Assembly (NCBI GenBank): GCA_030141605.1
Contig: JAQGDQ010000828.1
Span: 1-64,000 of the forward strand
Source of the DNA: Tubiluchus corallicola
Taxonomy: Eukaryota > Animalia > Priapulida
Reading direction: 5' to 3'
Length of the DNA: 64,000 nucleotides
Made by a program: the position numbers and the translations under genes. The notes beneath the pieces were generated by a model. That model did no database searches, was not told the DNA's origin, and saw nothing but the letters and a program-made list of their open reading frames with translations. Shown one piece after another: positions 49,838-62,053 of the stretch (within the stretch, counting starts at the first letter, position 1; the number at the start of each line of letters is the position of its first letter).

Positions 49838-50449
49838 GTACACCACCACCACCAACACCAATACCAATGCTAGGTACACCACCACCACCAACACCAATAC
49901 CAATGCTAGGTACACCACCACCACCAAAGTTCATTTTAAAGAGCTTTAAGAATTTTCTGTGATTCTTTTACTCATTACACTCTTACTTCAATACTAGGTG
50001 AGTTACACCAGTAACAGTGTAAATAAGTTGGCTTCTTTAACACAGAATACCGTATATGTGTCATTTATTGTGATTCATGGCAGCTCTTGACTAAATGATA
50101 ATTCTTATATGTATCTATATTTGAATTTTCGAACTTTTTAGATTGCATGTTATGGTAATCTGAAGAGGAGAAGGAGTGTGCTCTCAAAACGTCGTTAGTA
50201 CAATAAAAAATTCTTCACTACAGTAAATAATGCTGTGGGATTCTTCGTAAAAAATGGTTTTAGCAATATTTGGAAATATGTCACTTTTATATATAGCATT
50301 TTCAGCATATAAAAACACTTATAACGCTAGTTTTTATATGTAGCCTTATTACACTAAATTATTTTATTTTATTTGTGTAATATCTGTGTGTCTGCAGTCT
50401 TGGCATTCATTGCTCATTTGTTTTCATGTTTTATTTTGTATCTAAACAG

Positions 50450-50563
50450 ATGACTGTACCTGGAACCCTTGTAAAAATGGTGGAACATGTACCGATTCAG
50501 ATGGGATGGAAGATGGAGTGTTTTCTTGTACATGTAGATCTGGATATAGAGGTGCACTTTGTG
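50450..50563 (+). CDS. EGF-like domain exon (DCTWNPCKNGGTCTDSDGMEDGVFSCTCRSGYRGALC)
   Basis: Six-Cys EGF spacing, symmetric phase 1-1 exon, aaacag / gtaaga. Confidence 0.88.
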
Positions 50564-50599
50564 GTAAGACGATAAAATCATGCTTTATTCTTTTCTATA

Positions 50600-51045
50600 C
50601 AGGATCGTTCAGAAAAATGCGGTCTCCAATCTAATTTGTAAAACTTCATGTTCATAGAGACATTTGTAAAAGAGGCCCGTATCACTGTGTAGCTGGTTCT
50701 CCTCTTTCCAGAAAAGCTATAAATTTCTTTCAAAGAACGCCACCCTTACCACCACGGGCATTTTTGAAGGTTTTTCTCTCGCCATTCCTAGAAGAACACC
50801 GCGTACAATAAACATCGTAGCGGCGTTTGGTGGGGGTGGGGTGGTGGTGGGGGGTGGCGTGGTGGTGGGGGGTGGCGTTGGTGTCTCTGGCGTGGGGTGA
50901 GGTGGTGTCTTTGACTGAAAACGTATAGCTGTTTGGAAAGAAGAGAAATCAGCTACACGATGGAAGGGATTTCTTTCGCAAATGCTCCTACCAAGATGAA
51001 GGGCTACGAATTAGTTCATGGGAAAACTTTTCTGGGCGAAATTGT
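50600..51045. mobile_element. Degenerate foldback/MITE-like element
   Basis: Long imperfect inverted repeats (gtgtagctggttctcctctttcca / tggaaagaagagaaatcagctacac). Confidence 0.55.
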
Positions 51046-52564
51046 GTTATTGGCTCTGAACAAAAACGTTTCCTGTTTTAAATTAATTTGTCGTGCCTTT
51101 ATTTGATGACAATGACTAGACCATTTGGGTGTAAATAAGAGAATGGTAATCCTACCTTGTTAGACGCAAGAAGCAAGAAATAAAACACGATGCGTTACCT
51201 GTAAGGCGTCTTCTATCTTCCGTAATGCCTATATCATGATTCGCGGTATGGTGGTTGCCCTCTGTTAGATAAATATATAAATATTGGATATATATTTAGA
51301 ATAACCAAATCGTAATGCAAAATTGTCAGCTTGTTTAGTAAGAAATTTATTTAATGTACATAGTGTAAAGACTTATTTAACATTTTTGTACTTTTTTGCT
51401 CTGCAAATAGAGGGCTTATCTTGTATAATTGCAAATTTCATTCATACACTATCTACGTAAATTTTGCTCATTACAGAATAACATATTTCGTTAAAAATGT
51501 TCCATATTGAAAACCATAATAATCTGGCTGCATCATGAACATAATAATTTCGATAGTATCGCTACTACCTTGTCATTTCACTTGGTGGACAGATGGTTGG
51601 AATCCCTCCTGGCGCCTCAGAAGAACTTCCATGCACTGTCCGATGCTGTTGAGAATTTAAATTCTGCTTTATTCATAAAGGCTTCAATACAGTTCAAGCT
51701 TTTAACTAGGTCAATTTCTAGAGAAAGATATGTTTAGTTTAGTTTACGGTACGACTTCTTCCTGTACACAATAAAGAATATGGCTCGCAAATTTCTATAT
51801 TGTCTTAAGATAATTTTCTTTCTACGTATTGGATCCAAAACTTTACAACAGATGCAACACCTCGTAGAGATTGTCTCAGTGCCTCGGAAGTAACACGTGT
51901 TTAACTCTTTCGTTTCAAGGCCTGTTTTGCTGAGTTCGTGATTTTTGGGAGAAACTACGTATTGGATTTAGCTTCAGCGTTTACATCTCCACTGACGTGA
52001 TTTCTGTTTAAAGACTTACTGCTCTGTTTTTCTTTGGAACGGCCTCGATAGATGGTGCTACACTGCACTCTCAAAGTGGATCATTTGAACTGAACTGATG
52101 ACATTTTACGTACTTGCACGCTCCAAATTCATTTCTTCTTGAAATTGCACTTCTATGATTATTTTTGATGTGTTATTGTTTATAAGCTCATAACTGACAT
52201 TTCAAAGTGCTGTTGTGTTCATTATTGTGTCATCTGACACTTTTGTGTTTTGATTAAAACTTGCTTGTCAATTCCTGTTATAGTACAGCCGCTTTGACAC
52301 CAAAACCCAAAGAAAACCCCGTTTTCGAAAGCAGAATCACGCCTGCTTTCCTAAAACTAGCGTTGTTTTTCTAAAGACTAAAGAAGGCGGAATCAGAAAA
52401 ATGAAGGTAGTGGGTTTTATACCAGTCATATTTCGAGGAAAACGACACTTCCTTACCAGAAAAAAACGCGAGTTTCTCGCAAAAAGAGAAATATCCATTT
52501 TGTTTAGTCTAAGTGTGAGAAAAAACGACATCGTTTCGCCCAAAAGGCGCACGTTTGTTAGGTA

Positions 52565-52900
52565 GTGGTTGGTTGACATCCTTCTGTCTCGGAAGACAAT
52601 GGAGTGTGCGCCAAGAGAGTCAGTTATTGATCGCATTGATGGAGCTGCAGCGTCTACTTTGGCTGAGCAATGCGATCCTTGAACGTCTCCAGGGCGCACG
52701 CCTGGGCAAGGTGTATGGAGATCCTGAGTTGACCACACAACAGGAACCCCCTCTCTTCCTCCCTGGTGTAGTCCAAACGAAAGCGGAGCGATACGTTCGT
52801 TTGGCACCAGGTTGGCTGCAGGAGCTGCCGGAGTCAGTGAGCATGCTGGACTGGTCCGCCTTCGGGGCTCCACTCCTGATTTAGAAGGTTTACTCTTCTA
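52565..52900 (-). mobile_element. Second copy of the dispersed non-LTR/SINE-like repeat
   Basis: Matches 16080-16320 inverted. Confidence 0.8.
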
Positions 52901-53483
52901 CGCATGGCCGTTTAGTCACTTGACCTCCTCCGCCCTCTAGCCGTTGGCCGCTTGTGCAGCTACTAGTGTCGAGATACAGTGTAGGTAGTGGATGGGAATA
53001 GTAAATATGGGTGGAGTTTTGAATATCACGAGTGCAGTTCTTAAAGCATATACGTGAAATTGACAGGTAAATACTCCGGTATGCGAAATACTGATATTAT
53101 TGGACCATTCTAAAAAACGTATAGCTGAAAAGTTTCCTTTGTCCACAATTTCTGTTTTATCTCAGTTAAACTGGACTTTGTTTGAGAAGAAACAGCGTTG
53201 AAAATTGTACAGTAAGATTAAGATATTCTTTTAAACAAAATTATTCCTGCTTAGACTGCAATTGTCAGTGGTGTTACTCGTCCAAATTCTTAGTTGTCAG
53301 TTTTCTTTAAATTAAAAGTCACTTTTATTGTGTTTTGCTTTGAGTTTGAATCACTTGCTCCATGGCGTTCTACTTGCTAACCAATCTGTCTGTTAATTCA
53401 CAATCCCGTCTGATTATATATGTGCTAAATCTCAAGACCTCAATCGTTGAAATTACTTGACTTGTTGCATTGCATTTTTACAG

Positions 53484-53537
53484 GATGTCCAATCTGCAGA
53501 ACAGTTGAAGGACCACCTGGACCGCCAGGACCACCAG
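53484..53537 (+). CDS. Short collagen-like exon (GCPICRTVEGPPGPPGPP)
   Basis: tttacag / CCAG|gtgagg, 54 nt, phase 1-1. Confidence 0.8.
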
Positions 53538-53577
53538 GTGAGGTAATTTTTTTGCTGTTGCTGCTTGCATTGTTGAT

Positions 53578-54068
53578 TTGTTGTTACCTTTGTTACAGTC
53601 CAGTACATGTCAACCTATGTACTAAGAAAGATTTGTAAAATCTCAGTGAACTCACCTTGATTCAAACTGCTCACAAGGACTTGTTGTTACCTTTGTTACA
53701 GTCCAGTACATGTCAACCTATGTACTAAGAAGGATTTGTAAAATCTCAGTGAACTCACCTTGATTCAAACTGCTCACAAGGACTTGTTGTTACCTTTGTT
53801 ACAGTCCAGTACATGTCAACCTATGTACTAAGAAGGATTTGTAAAATCTCAGTGAACTCACCTTGATTCAAACTGCTCACAAGGACTTGTTGTTACCTTT
53901 GTTACAGTCCAGTACATGTCAACCTATGTACTAAGAAGGATTTGTAAAATCTCAGTGAACTCACATTGATTCAAACTGCTCACAAGGACTTGTTGTTACC
54001 TTTGTTACAGTCCAGTATATGTCAACCTATGTACTAAGAAAGATTTGTAAAATCTCAGTGAACTCACC
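53578..54068. repeat. Tandem repeat of about 104 bp, about 4.7 copies
   Basis: ttgttgttacctttgttacagtccagtacatg...ctcacaaggac. Confidence 0.95.
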
Positions 54069-54828
54069 ATAATTCAGAAGAAGGTCATAAGTGCCAATCT
54101 CAAGAGAAACTCTTCAACTCCCCCTCTTGTTGGCGAGCGGGAGACGACGATGAAAATTATAATAAGCAATGTGTCAATGAAATGGACACAAAACACCAGT
54201 TTAACGTGTTGACCAAAAGTTTCTTTATTCTGAAAGACAATTATTAACATTTAGTTTAACTTGCATTGAATAGAAGAGAATTAGTTGCATGATTAAATGT
54301 ATTGCTATAACTAAGCACTGATATAAAAATTATATAAGCTATATTGAAATTAATTAACAATAACTTACGTTGTTAGAGCCTTTAACAGTTACAAAGACAA
54401 GAATGAGAACTCCAAGTTGCCTTAAGAACAACGACGTCACAACAATAAATTTGTAAGAAATTCACAGTCATAATGCTCATCCCAGACAGAAAAATAGAGC
54501 AATGGTGGAGAGAACCAAAAGACGGGTAAAATGTCATACAACTACTACAGCTGTACCTCACGAAAGACCAATATGCTAATGTATTCAAGTATATTAGGTG
54601 CTTCAATTTTAAAAGAGTGACTACTGTAAAAGGTAAAAAGATTAATAAATAAACAAACAGGTGGCAGCACCGTCGCAGTAGTTGAGAAATAAATTAAAAT
54701 CAAAAAAGGGCCTATGCACCCACTACAGTCAGTATGTGTAGTCGTCGTTTTCCAAAGCTTGTTAAAAAATCAAAATTTCAAATAAATTTCGTTTAAGTTA
54801 GTTAATAATATATTTTCCTATTTTACAG

Positions 54829-55157
54829 GCACCCTCTTTCTAGTTCATAGAAACCCTGCAAGTAAGTACAGAGTTGGCCATGGATTTAAATCATATGCGC
54901 CCAATTACTATGTTGACGAGCGAAATTATGGGAATGGAAGGGACGGTTACGGAGGCGCGAGAGGCTATAGTGGACGAAGAGACGGTTATGGAGAGGAGAC
55001 AGGCTATAGCAGACGAAGAGATGGTTATGGAGAGGAGCGAGGCTATAGCAGACGAAGAGATGGTTATGGAGAGGAGACAGGCTATGGAGGACGAAAAGAC
55101 GCTTATGGAGAGGAGAAAGGCTATGCGACTAAAGAAGAGGAGTACAGAGACCATTGA
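54829..55157 (+). CDS. Terminal exon with 13-aa Gly/Tyr/Arg/Glu-rich repeats (RRDGYGEETGYS)
   Basis: ttttacag acceptor, phase 1; open frame to TGA at 55157; AATAAA near 55230; different frame from the tracked ORF 54874-55248. Confidence 0.78.
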
Positions 55158-55459
55158 GGTTATGAGGACCCAAAAGAAGGAAAGACACACAATTGGTGAA
55201 ATGATAATTATTAAGATAGTGGATAGAAAAATAAAACACGTTATTTGAGCTGCGAAAATGACACAAAATGTGAAAACAAAAGATGTAATCATCTGTTTTG
55301 GTAAAAGAGAAATGGTGAATGTACTTGTGGTGTAAATAATGGAAATAATGAATCCGTAATTATTAAAAGAACGAGAAATTGTTATTTTTAAACTGCGTTA
55401 TCCAGTATATTGATAAAAAATGTTGTTCGACTTCATAACTGAGGGTCTTTGACCATTTT

Positions 55460-55930
55460 CAAACGTAACTAAGGTATGGCAGTTTTATTCTAAACGTAAC
55501 TATGTTATGGCAGTTTTATTCTAAACGTAACTAAGGTATGGCAGTTTTATTCTAAACGTAACTATGTTATGGCAGTTTTATTCTAAACGCAACTATGTTA
55601 TGGCAGATTTATTCTAAACGTAACTATGTTATGGCAGATTTATTCTAAACTTAACTATGTTATGGCAGATTTATTCTAAACGTAACTATGTTATGGCAGA
55701 TTTATTCTAAACGTAACTATGTTATGGCAGATTTATTCTAAACGTAACTATGTTATGGCAGCTTTATTCTAAACGCAACTATGTTATGGCAGATTTATTC
55801 TAAACGTAACTATGTTATGGCAGATTTATTCTAAACGTAACTATGTTATGGCAGATTTATTCTAAACGTAACTATGTTATGGCAGATTTATTCTAAACGT
55901 AACTATGTTATGGCAGATTTATTTCTAAAC
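55460..55930. repeat. 31-bp tandem array, about 15 copies
   Basis: taaacgtaactatgttatggcagatttattc. Confidence 0.95.
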
Positions 55931-56209
55931 TACTCTGGATGCATCTGCATCTTACTTAGCTTTGGGGTTACATCATTTCTTATCATTGTCTTTTTTCTCA
56001 CACTATTTTTGTACTAAACTAGAATTTATCCTGAAATTTGAATACGAGCAATTGTACACTTCATTATCGCTTTGTGATGCAAATGTGCGGTAATTTCCTA
56101 TGTCACTTTAGTTGCAGACTGTCACACATGTGTCAGGCATGTGTTGCACGCATTTTAACTCTTTCACACGCGCACATCCACCAAATTTCACTTTTCACTC
56201 ATTACATAG

Positions 56210-58422
56210 CTTCACAAGCAAGTCTGCAAGTCACTTGGCTTCGTTTACCATCATTGCCAGTCATGACACAATTAGTGTAGTACTACTCTTCACTTCATAA
56301 GCAAGTCTGCAAGTCACCTGGCTTCGTTTACCATCATTGCCAGTCATGACACAATTGGTGTAGTACTACTCTTCACTTCACAAGCAAGTCTGCAAGTCAC
56401 CTGGCTTCGTTTACTATCATTGCCAGTCATGACACGATTAGTGTAGTACTGCTCTTCACTTCACAAGCAAGTCTGCAAGTCACCTGGCTTCGTTTACCAT
56501 CATTGCCAGTCATGACACAATTAGTGTAGTACTACTCTTCACTTCATAAGCAAGTCTGCAAGTCACCTGGCTTCGTTTACTATCATTGCCAGTCATGACA
56601 CGATTAGTGTAGTACTACTCTTCACTTCACAAGCAAGTCTGCAAGTCACCTGCCTTCGTTTACCATCATTGCCAGTCATGACACAATTAGTGTAGTACTA
56701 CTCTTCACTTCACAAGCAAGTCTGCAAGTCACCTGCCTTCGTTTACCATCATTGCCAGTCATGACACAATTAGTGTAGTACTACTCTTCACTTCACAAGC
56801 AAGTCTGCAAGTCACCTGCCTTCGTTTACCATCATTGCCAGTCATGACACGATTAGTGTAGTACTGCTCTTCACTTCATAAGCAAGTCTGCAAGTCACCT
56901 GGCTTCGTTTACCATCATTGCCAGTCATGACACGATTAGTGTAGTACTACTCTTCACTTCACAAGCAAGTCTGCAAGTCACCTGGCTTCGTTTACTATCA
57001 TTGCCAGTCATGACACAATTAGTGTAGTACTACTCTTCACTTCATAAGCAAGTCTGCAAGTCACCTGCCTTCGTTTACCATCATTGCCAGTCATGACACA
57101 ATTAGTGTAGTACTACTCTTCACCTCACAAGCAAGTCTGCAAGTCACCTGCCTTCGTTTACCATCATTGCCAGTCATGACACAATTAGTGTAGTACTACT
57201 CTTCACTTCACAAGCAAGTCTGCAAGTCACCTGCCTTCGTTTACCATCATTGCCAGTCATGACACGATTAGTGTAGTACTGCTCTTCACTTCATAAGCAA
57301 GTCTGCAAGTCACCTGGCTTCGTTTACCATCATTGCCAGTCATGACACGATTAGTGTAGTACTACTCTTCACTTCACAAGCAAGTCTGCAAGTCACCTGG
57401 CTTCGTTTACTATCATTGCCAGTCATGACACAATTAGTGTAGTACTACTCTTCACTTCATAAGCAAGTCTGCAAGTCACCTGCCTTCGTTTACCATCATT
57501 GCCAGTCATGACACAATTAGTGTAGTACTACTCTTCACCTCACAAGCAAGTCTGCAAGTCACCTGCCTTCGTTTACCATCATTGCCAGTCATGACACGAT
57601 TAGTGTAGTACTACTCTTCACTTCACAAGCAAGTCTGCAAGTCACCTGGCTTCGTTTACCTTCATTGCCAGTCATGACACAATTAGTGTAGTACTACTCT
57701 TCACTTCACAAGCAAGTCTGCAAGTCACTTGGCTTCGTTTACCATCATTGCCAGTCATGACACAATTAGTGTAGTACTACTCTTCACTTCACAAGCAAGT
57801 CTGCAAGTCACCTGGCTTCGTTTACCATCATTGCCAGTCATGACACAATTAGTGTAGTACTACTCTTCACTTCACAAGCAAGTCTGCAAGTCACCTGGCT
57901 TCGTTTACCATCATTGCCAGTCATGACACAATTAGTGTAGTACTACTCTTCACTTCACAAGCAAGTCTGCAAGTCACTTGGCTTCGTTTACCATCATTGC
58001 CAGTCATGACACAATTAGTGTAGTACTACTCTTCACTTCACAAGCAAGTCTACAAGTCACTTGGCTTCGTTTACCATCATTGCCAGTCATGACACAATTT
58101 GTGTAGTACTACTCTTCACTTCACAAGCAAGTCTGCAAGTCACTTGGCTTCGTTTACCATCATTGCCAGTCATGACACGATTAGTGTAGTACTACTCTTC
58201 ACTTCACAAGCAAGTCTACAAGTCACTTGGCTTCGTTTACCATCATTGCCAGTCATGACACGATTAGTGTAGTACTACTCTTCACTTCACAAGCAAGTCT
58301 GCAAGTCACCTGGCTTCGTTTACCATCATTGCCAGTCATGACACAATTGGTGTAGTACTGTTCTTCACTTCATAAGCAAGTCTGCAAGTCACCTGGCTTC
58401 GTTTACCATCATTGCCAGTCAT
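56210..58422. repeat. 83-bp tandem array, about 27 copies
   Basis: caagtctgcaagtcacctggcttcgtttaccatcattgccagtcatgacacaattagtgtagtactactcttcacttcacaag. Confidence 0.97.
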
Positions 58423-58585
58423 TTGTGTTTTAATTCGTTTATTAATCAAGCTTTTGTCGCAATTTGATTGAAATTAATTTTGTAAATGATTTATCAAATA
58501 TAAATCATAATAGTGTTTTTAAGCCAATGTTACAAGCTTCATAAATATTTAGCAAGTGCATTAAATATTTTGCAATAATACTATA

Positions 58586-59040
58586 CTAGCAAACGCCCCG
58601 CAAAAAATGTTGCACGTAAGTACACTTATAATCAAAAATACGCGAACATCCTACACAGTCCTCATTTACAATGCAAAGCAAGTAGCTGTTTTTACTGAAT
58701 TAAACTTAGAAGGTTATAGACAGAGTATAATGGATGACGTCACAACAATGGCTTTACGTCAGCAGTTTTTCAAGCGAAAATTGCCAAAAATAGAACATCT
58801 AATTAACTCGTCGGTATTCCTCTTGGTGGACACGTCCTAAAATATAGCTCACATCATCGTGTAGCCCTGTTCTTTCTCTTTCTAAAGACCTATATATCAC
58901 CTTCAAAGAGCCCCACCAGGTGCCGCTGGAACATTTTTTCTACAAGCCGTTTGACCAAAATTTCGAAAAAATTGAGAATTGGGTCCGGGAAAATGCCCGT
59001 TACGGGAAGCCGTGGCCCTCTCGCGAATATATATATATAT
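58586..59040 (-). mobile_element. Helitron-like non-autonomous element (3' end at 58586)
   Basis: CTAG-T terminus with a nearby imperfect hairpin; first 55 bp or so similar to 59859-59912. Confidence 0.5.
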
Positions 59041-59114
59041 AACATACCAGGGAAATGACTATATACGATGCTTTCTTATAATGCTTCTAAAATAAACTTG
59101 TGTTATTTATACAG

Positions 59115-59523
59115 GTAAATTTGCCTACTACAGTGGAGGCGGCTACGTAAAGACGTTTGACTCGAAATCTGACTGAAAACAAATCCATTATTAACTCTCT
59201 AAGGAACTCCAGATGGATAAATGATCACACTCGTGCTCTAATGATTGAATTCACTTTGTTTAACTCCAACACAAATTTGTTTAGTGTTATCATTCTAGCC
59301 GTGGAATTTACTGGATCTGGTGTCGTGGCTCCATATCACAGTATTATGACAATGGACCTTGTGAAATATGTAAAGACTGAATCGTGGTCTACTGCAATGC
59401 TTGAAATATTCTACTTATTTCTAGTTCTAGTTTTTGCAATCAGAGAAGTGGCAAAACTTTATAACTTGAAAACTGCATACTTTTTTGAATTATGGAATTA
59501 CATTGAGTTAAGCATAACCCTCA
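59115..59523 (+). pseudogene. Orphan, frameshifted, truncated paralog of the PKD1L terminal exon
   Basis: tatacag acceptor at the homologous position; GKFAYYSGGGYVKT then +1 frameshift near 59157, then LTRN...WINDHTRALMIEFTLF...WNYIEL; cut by a MITE. Confidence 0.85.
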
Positions 59524-59719
59524 CCCACTGAGAACAGAGCTTGTTAGAGTGATTAGATAGTAAAAAAGAAAATTTGTGACTTTCAAATTCGATTCGAATT
59601 CGCTTTATGGTGGAGAATGGTCAGCACTAATCCTTAGCTGATTCACTGTATGTTTTTTTATTCTTAATCTTTTCTTTTTTTATTATCTAATCACTCTAAC
59701 AAGCTCTGTTCTCAGTGGG
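59524..59719. mobile_element. MITE with TIRs of about 45 bp
   Basis: cccactgagaacagagcttgttagagtgattagata / tatctaatcactctaacaagctctgttctcagtggg; no clean TSD. Confidence 0.85.
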
Positions 59720-59858
59720 ATTTGCATCACATTGGCGTGTTGTGAACAAGATTTAAAATCATCATTAAACCTTATTGACCAACAGACCAAATTCTTCAGC
59801 CTCTGGTAATAATTTTGCTCAAAATATGTATTTGTTATGATGATTTATTAATTATGTA

Positions 59859-60113
59859 CTAGCAAAGGCCTGCAAAACATTTTGCATATAAATACACTTA
59901 TAATCAAAAATATTTTGATCCATTTTTGGAGGTTTTTCGCCCCCCGTTCTTCCCGGGGGTCCGATTCGAAAAATAAAACTGCACTTATCGTCAAAATGGC
60001 GCCAATCGTATTTTCCAGAATGCATTCTTCTGGGGTTAATGCTTACTGACATCTGCGTATCGAGCAAATTCTCCATGTAATATATTTGCTCACTTAGCTC
60101 AAATTTTTTGTTA

Positions 60114-60148
<35 letters not shown>

Positions 60149-60635
60149 TTTTCTCTATGTCTCTCTCCCTGCCCCACTGTCTCTCTTTCTCTCTCTCTCT
60201 CCCTGCCCCACTGTCTCTCTTTTTTTTTATCTCTCTCTCTCCCTGCCCCACTCTCTCTCTTTTCTTTATCTCTCTCTCTCCCTGCCCCACTCTCTCTCTC
60301 TTTCTCTCTCTCTGTCTCTCTCCCTGCCCCACTCTCTCTCTTTCTTTATCTCTCTCTCTCTCTGTCTTCATCCTCCCCCCTCCATTTCTTTATATTTCTC
60401 TTTCTGCTCCCTTCCCTCTTTCTCCCCCTCTCTCTCTCACTCTTGCGATTTCACGCTCTCTTTTCTCTTATCTCTCTTTCTCTTATATTTTTCTCTTATC
60501 GTCAAAATGGCGCCAATCGTATTTTCCAGAATGCTAATCCGGGATTCGTATAATATCTTAATCGTATCTTCCGGGATTAATGCTTACTGCCATCTGCGTA
60601 TCGAGCAAATTCTCCATGTAATATATTTGCTTACT
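59859..60635 (-). mobile_element. Helitron-like element (3' end at 59859) containing a CT-rich microsatellite and an internal duplication (59985-60095 vs 60495-60635)
   Basis: CTAG-T end, hairpin tgcaaaacattttgca; right boundary uncertain. Confidence 0.45.
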
Positions 60636-60883
60636 TATTTCCCCACTAGAGGGAACCACAAAGTTGCTTCTCGTGTTATTTAGGTAGCCGAGCTGGTAAA
60701 TAGGAGTGCCTGGCTTCCTTACTCACCTGACTTACCTGCGTCAGCAGTGATAAAGTCTTCTGATTACATTGTTTAAGCAGCTCAAACGATTTCATGCTTC
60801 TAGATGCACGCTACGAAATTAGCTCCAATTCAATTCATTTCAAAACCTCGTGGTGGTTCAGAATAAACAGCAAAAATTCACAT

Positions 60884-61274
60884 TGTGAAAGTTGTAACTG
60901 TATATTTCAGGTGCTGCCATCTATTGATTAGTCACTTTAACATTTTACTAGTTAAATTCACCTCTAGTACAATTGTTCAGTCCAGTGAATATGCAAACTC
61001 ACTGGATCTCCCCTATTTTTACTGTAATGGGATATGTGAAGCCAAGTTTTTGCATAGTTCTCTACCTATATAAACTGGCTATATTTCACTTCTAGCCACT
61101 GTCTAATTTTTCGTGATCAGTGCAGGACACTCTGGTCCTCAGTGTAGTTTAGCAGTCATGTTTCATATAACTATGTAGTGTAATAAAGTGTTGCAGTTTT
61201 TGTGCAAACATGTAATATGGTGTTTAGTTGTTTTCTACAAGTGTTCAATTTCAACTTCATAACTAACTTTCACA
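60884..61274 (+). mobile_element. Solo LTR (BEL/Pao-like by TGT...ACA termini and 5-bp TSD)
   Basis: TGTGAAAGTT...AACTTTCACA, TSD CACAT, TATA (ctatataaa near 61067), AATAAA near 61182. Confidence 0.88.
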
Positions 61275-61778
61275 CACATAATTCAAAACGATAACAATGT
61301 ATTGAGATAAAAAGTAACAGAAAACACTTTTGTGTGGGAAATTAAACAAAATGTTATGTAACTGAAACTAATTTACTAACTTTCAACAGCAAACATGTTC
61401 ACATTCATACTGAAGTGAATTATAGTTGAAGCAGAAAGAAGAAATAACAACAACTTCTTTCAAAGTTTGGGTCACAAAACTTGCTTGCAAACTTTCACAT
61501 TATCAGCAGTCAAGTCGTAATTTCACTTTAGGCATGTCAACGGTTCCTTGCAAACATTTTGACAAAAATTAATAAGTTTTGACTCAGCATTCTAAAAATT
61601 TGTTGATCGTTTAGTTTATATACTGGCCAACTTTATCAAGTGCATTAACTGATTTGGCAGTATCCTGCTGATTGTCCGGTTTTTCAGTTTCCGGTTCCTC
61701 TGTTTCTTCAGTTGCATTTTGCGGCTCTCCTGTCGCATTATCATCTTGAACTGCTTTTATTTTTTCCTTCCCAAAAAT

Positions 61779-62053
61779 CTACAATGACCCTAAGAGGATC
61801 AGAATACCCACCATGATGCCTGGTTTGACTTTGGATACAGATAACATTGACGAGTTTGGAATTTCAACTGCATCTATTTCTGCTGTCGTCGTTGCTGTTG
61901 TTGTCATTGTTGGTTGTATATCACACCCAAAATCTTCAAGTTTAGCATTATTAACCTTTTCAGGCCACACGCAGTCAACCCTGGTACGATTGTTATTGGA
62001 CCATGGTGGCAAGACAATCCAGATTAAACTGCAGTCGCATCTCATTTGCTCAT
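61779..62053 (-). CDS. Exon of an LRR-family membrane protein: LRRCT cap, Thr-rich stalk, TM; possibly a pseudogene
   Basis: tttttag acceptor; CDCSLIW...C..P....L....C; TTTATTT; IMVGILILLG; the same frame stays open about 55 codons past the TAG. Confidence 0.6.

Noticed and set aside
52337-52884. 178-aa and 109-aa ORFs
   Set aside because: Overlap a dispersed repeat; no recognisable domain and no splice context.
54874-55248. Met/Glu-rich 124-aa ORF
   Set aside because: Alternative frame starting at TTG; splice phase supports the Gly/Tyr-rich frame.
60108-60683. Leu/Ser-rich and Arg/Glu-rich ORFs (also 44891-45157, 3155-3594, 33881-34141)
   Set aside because: Microsatellite translations.
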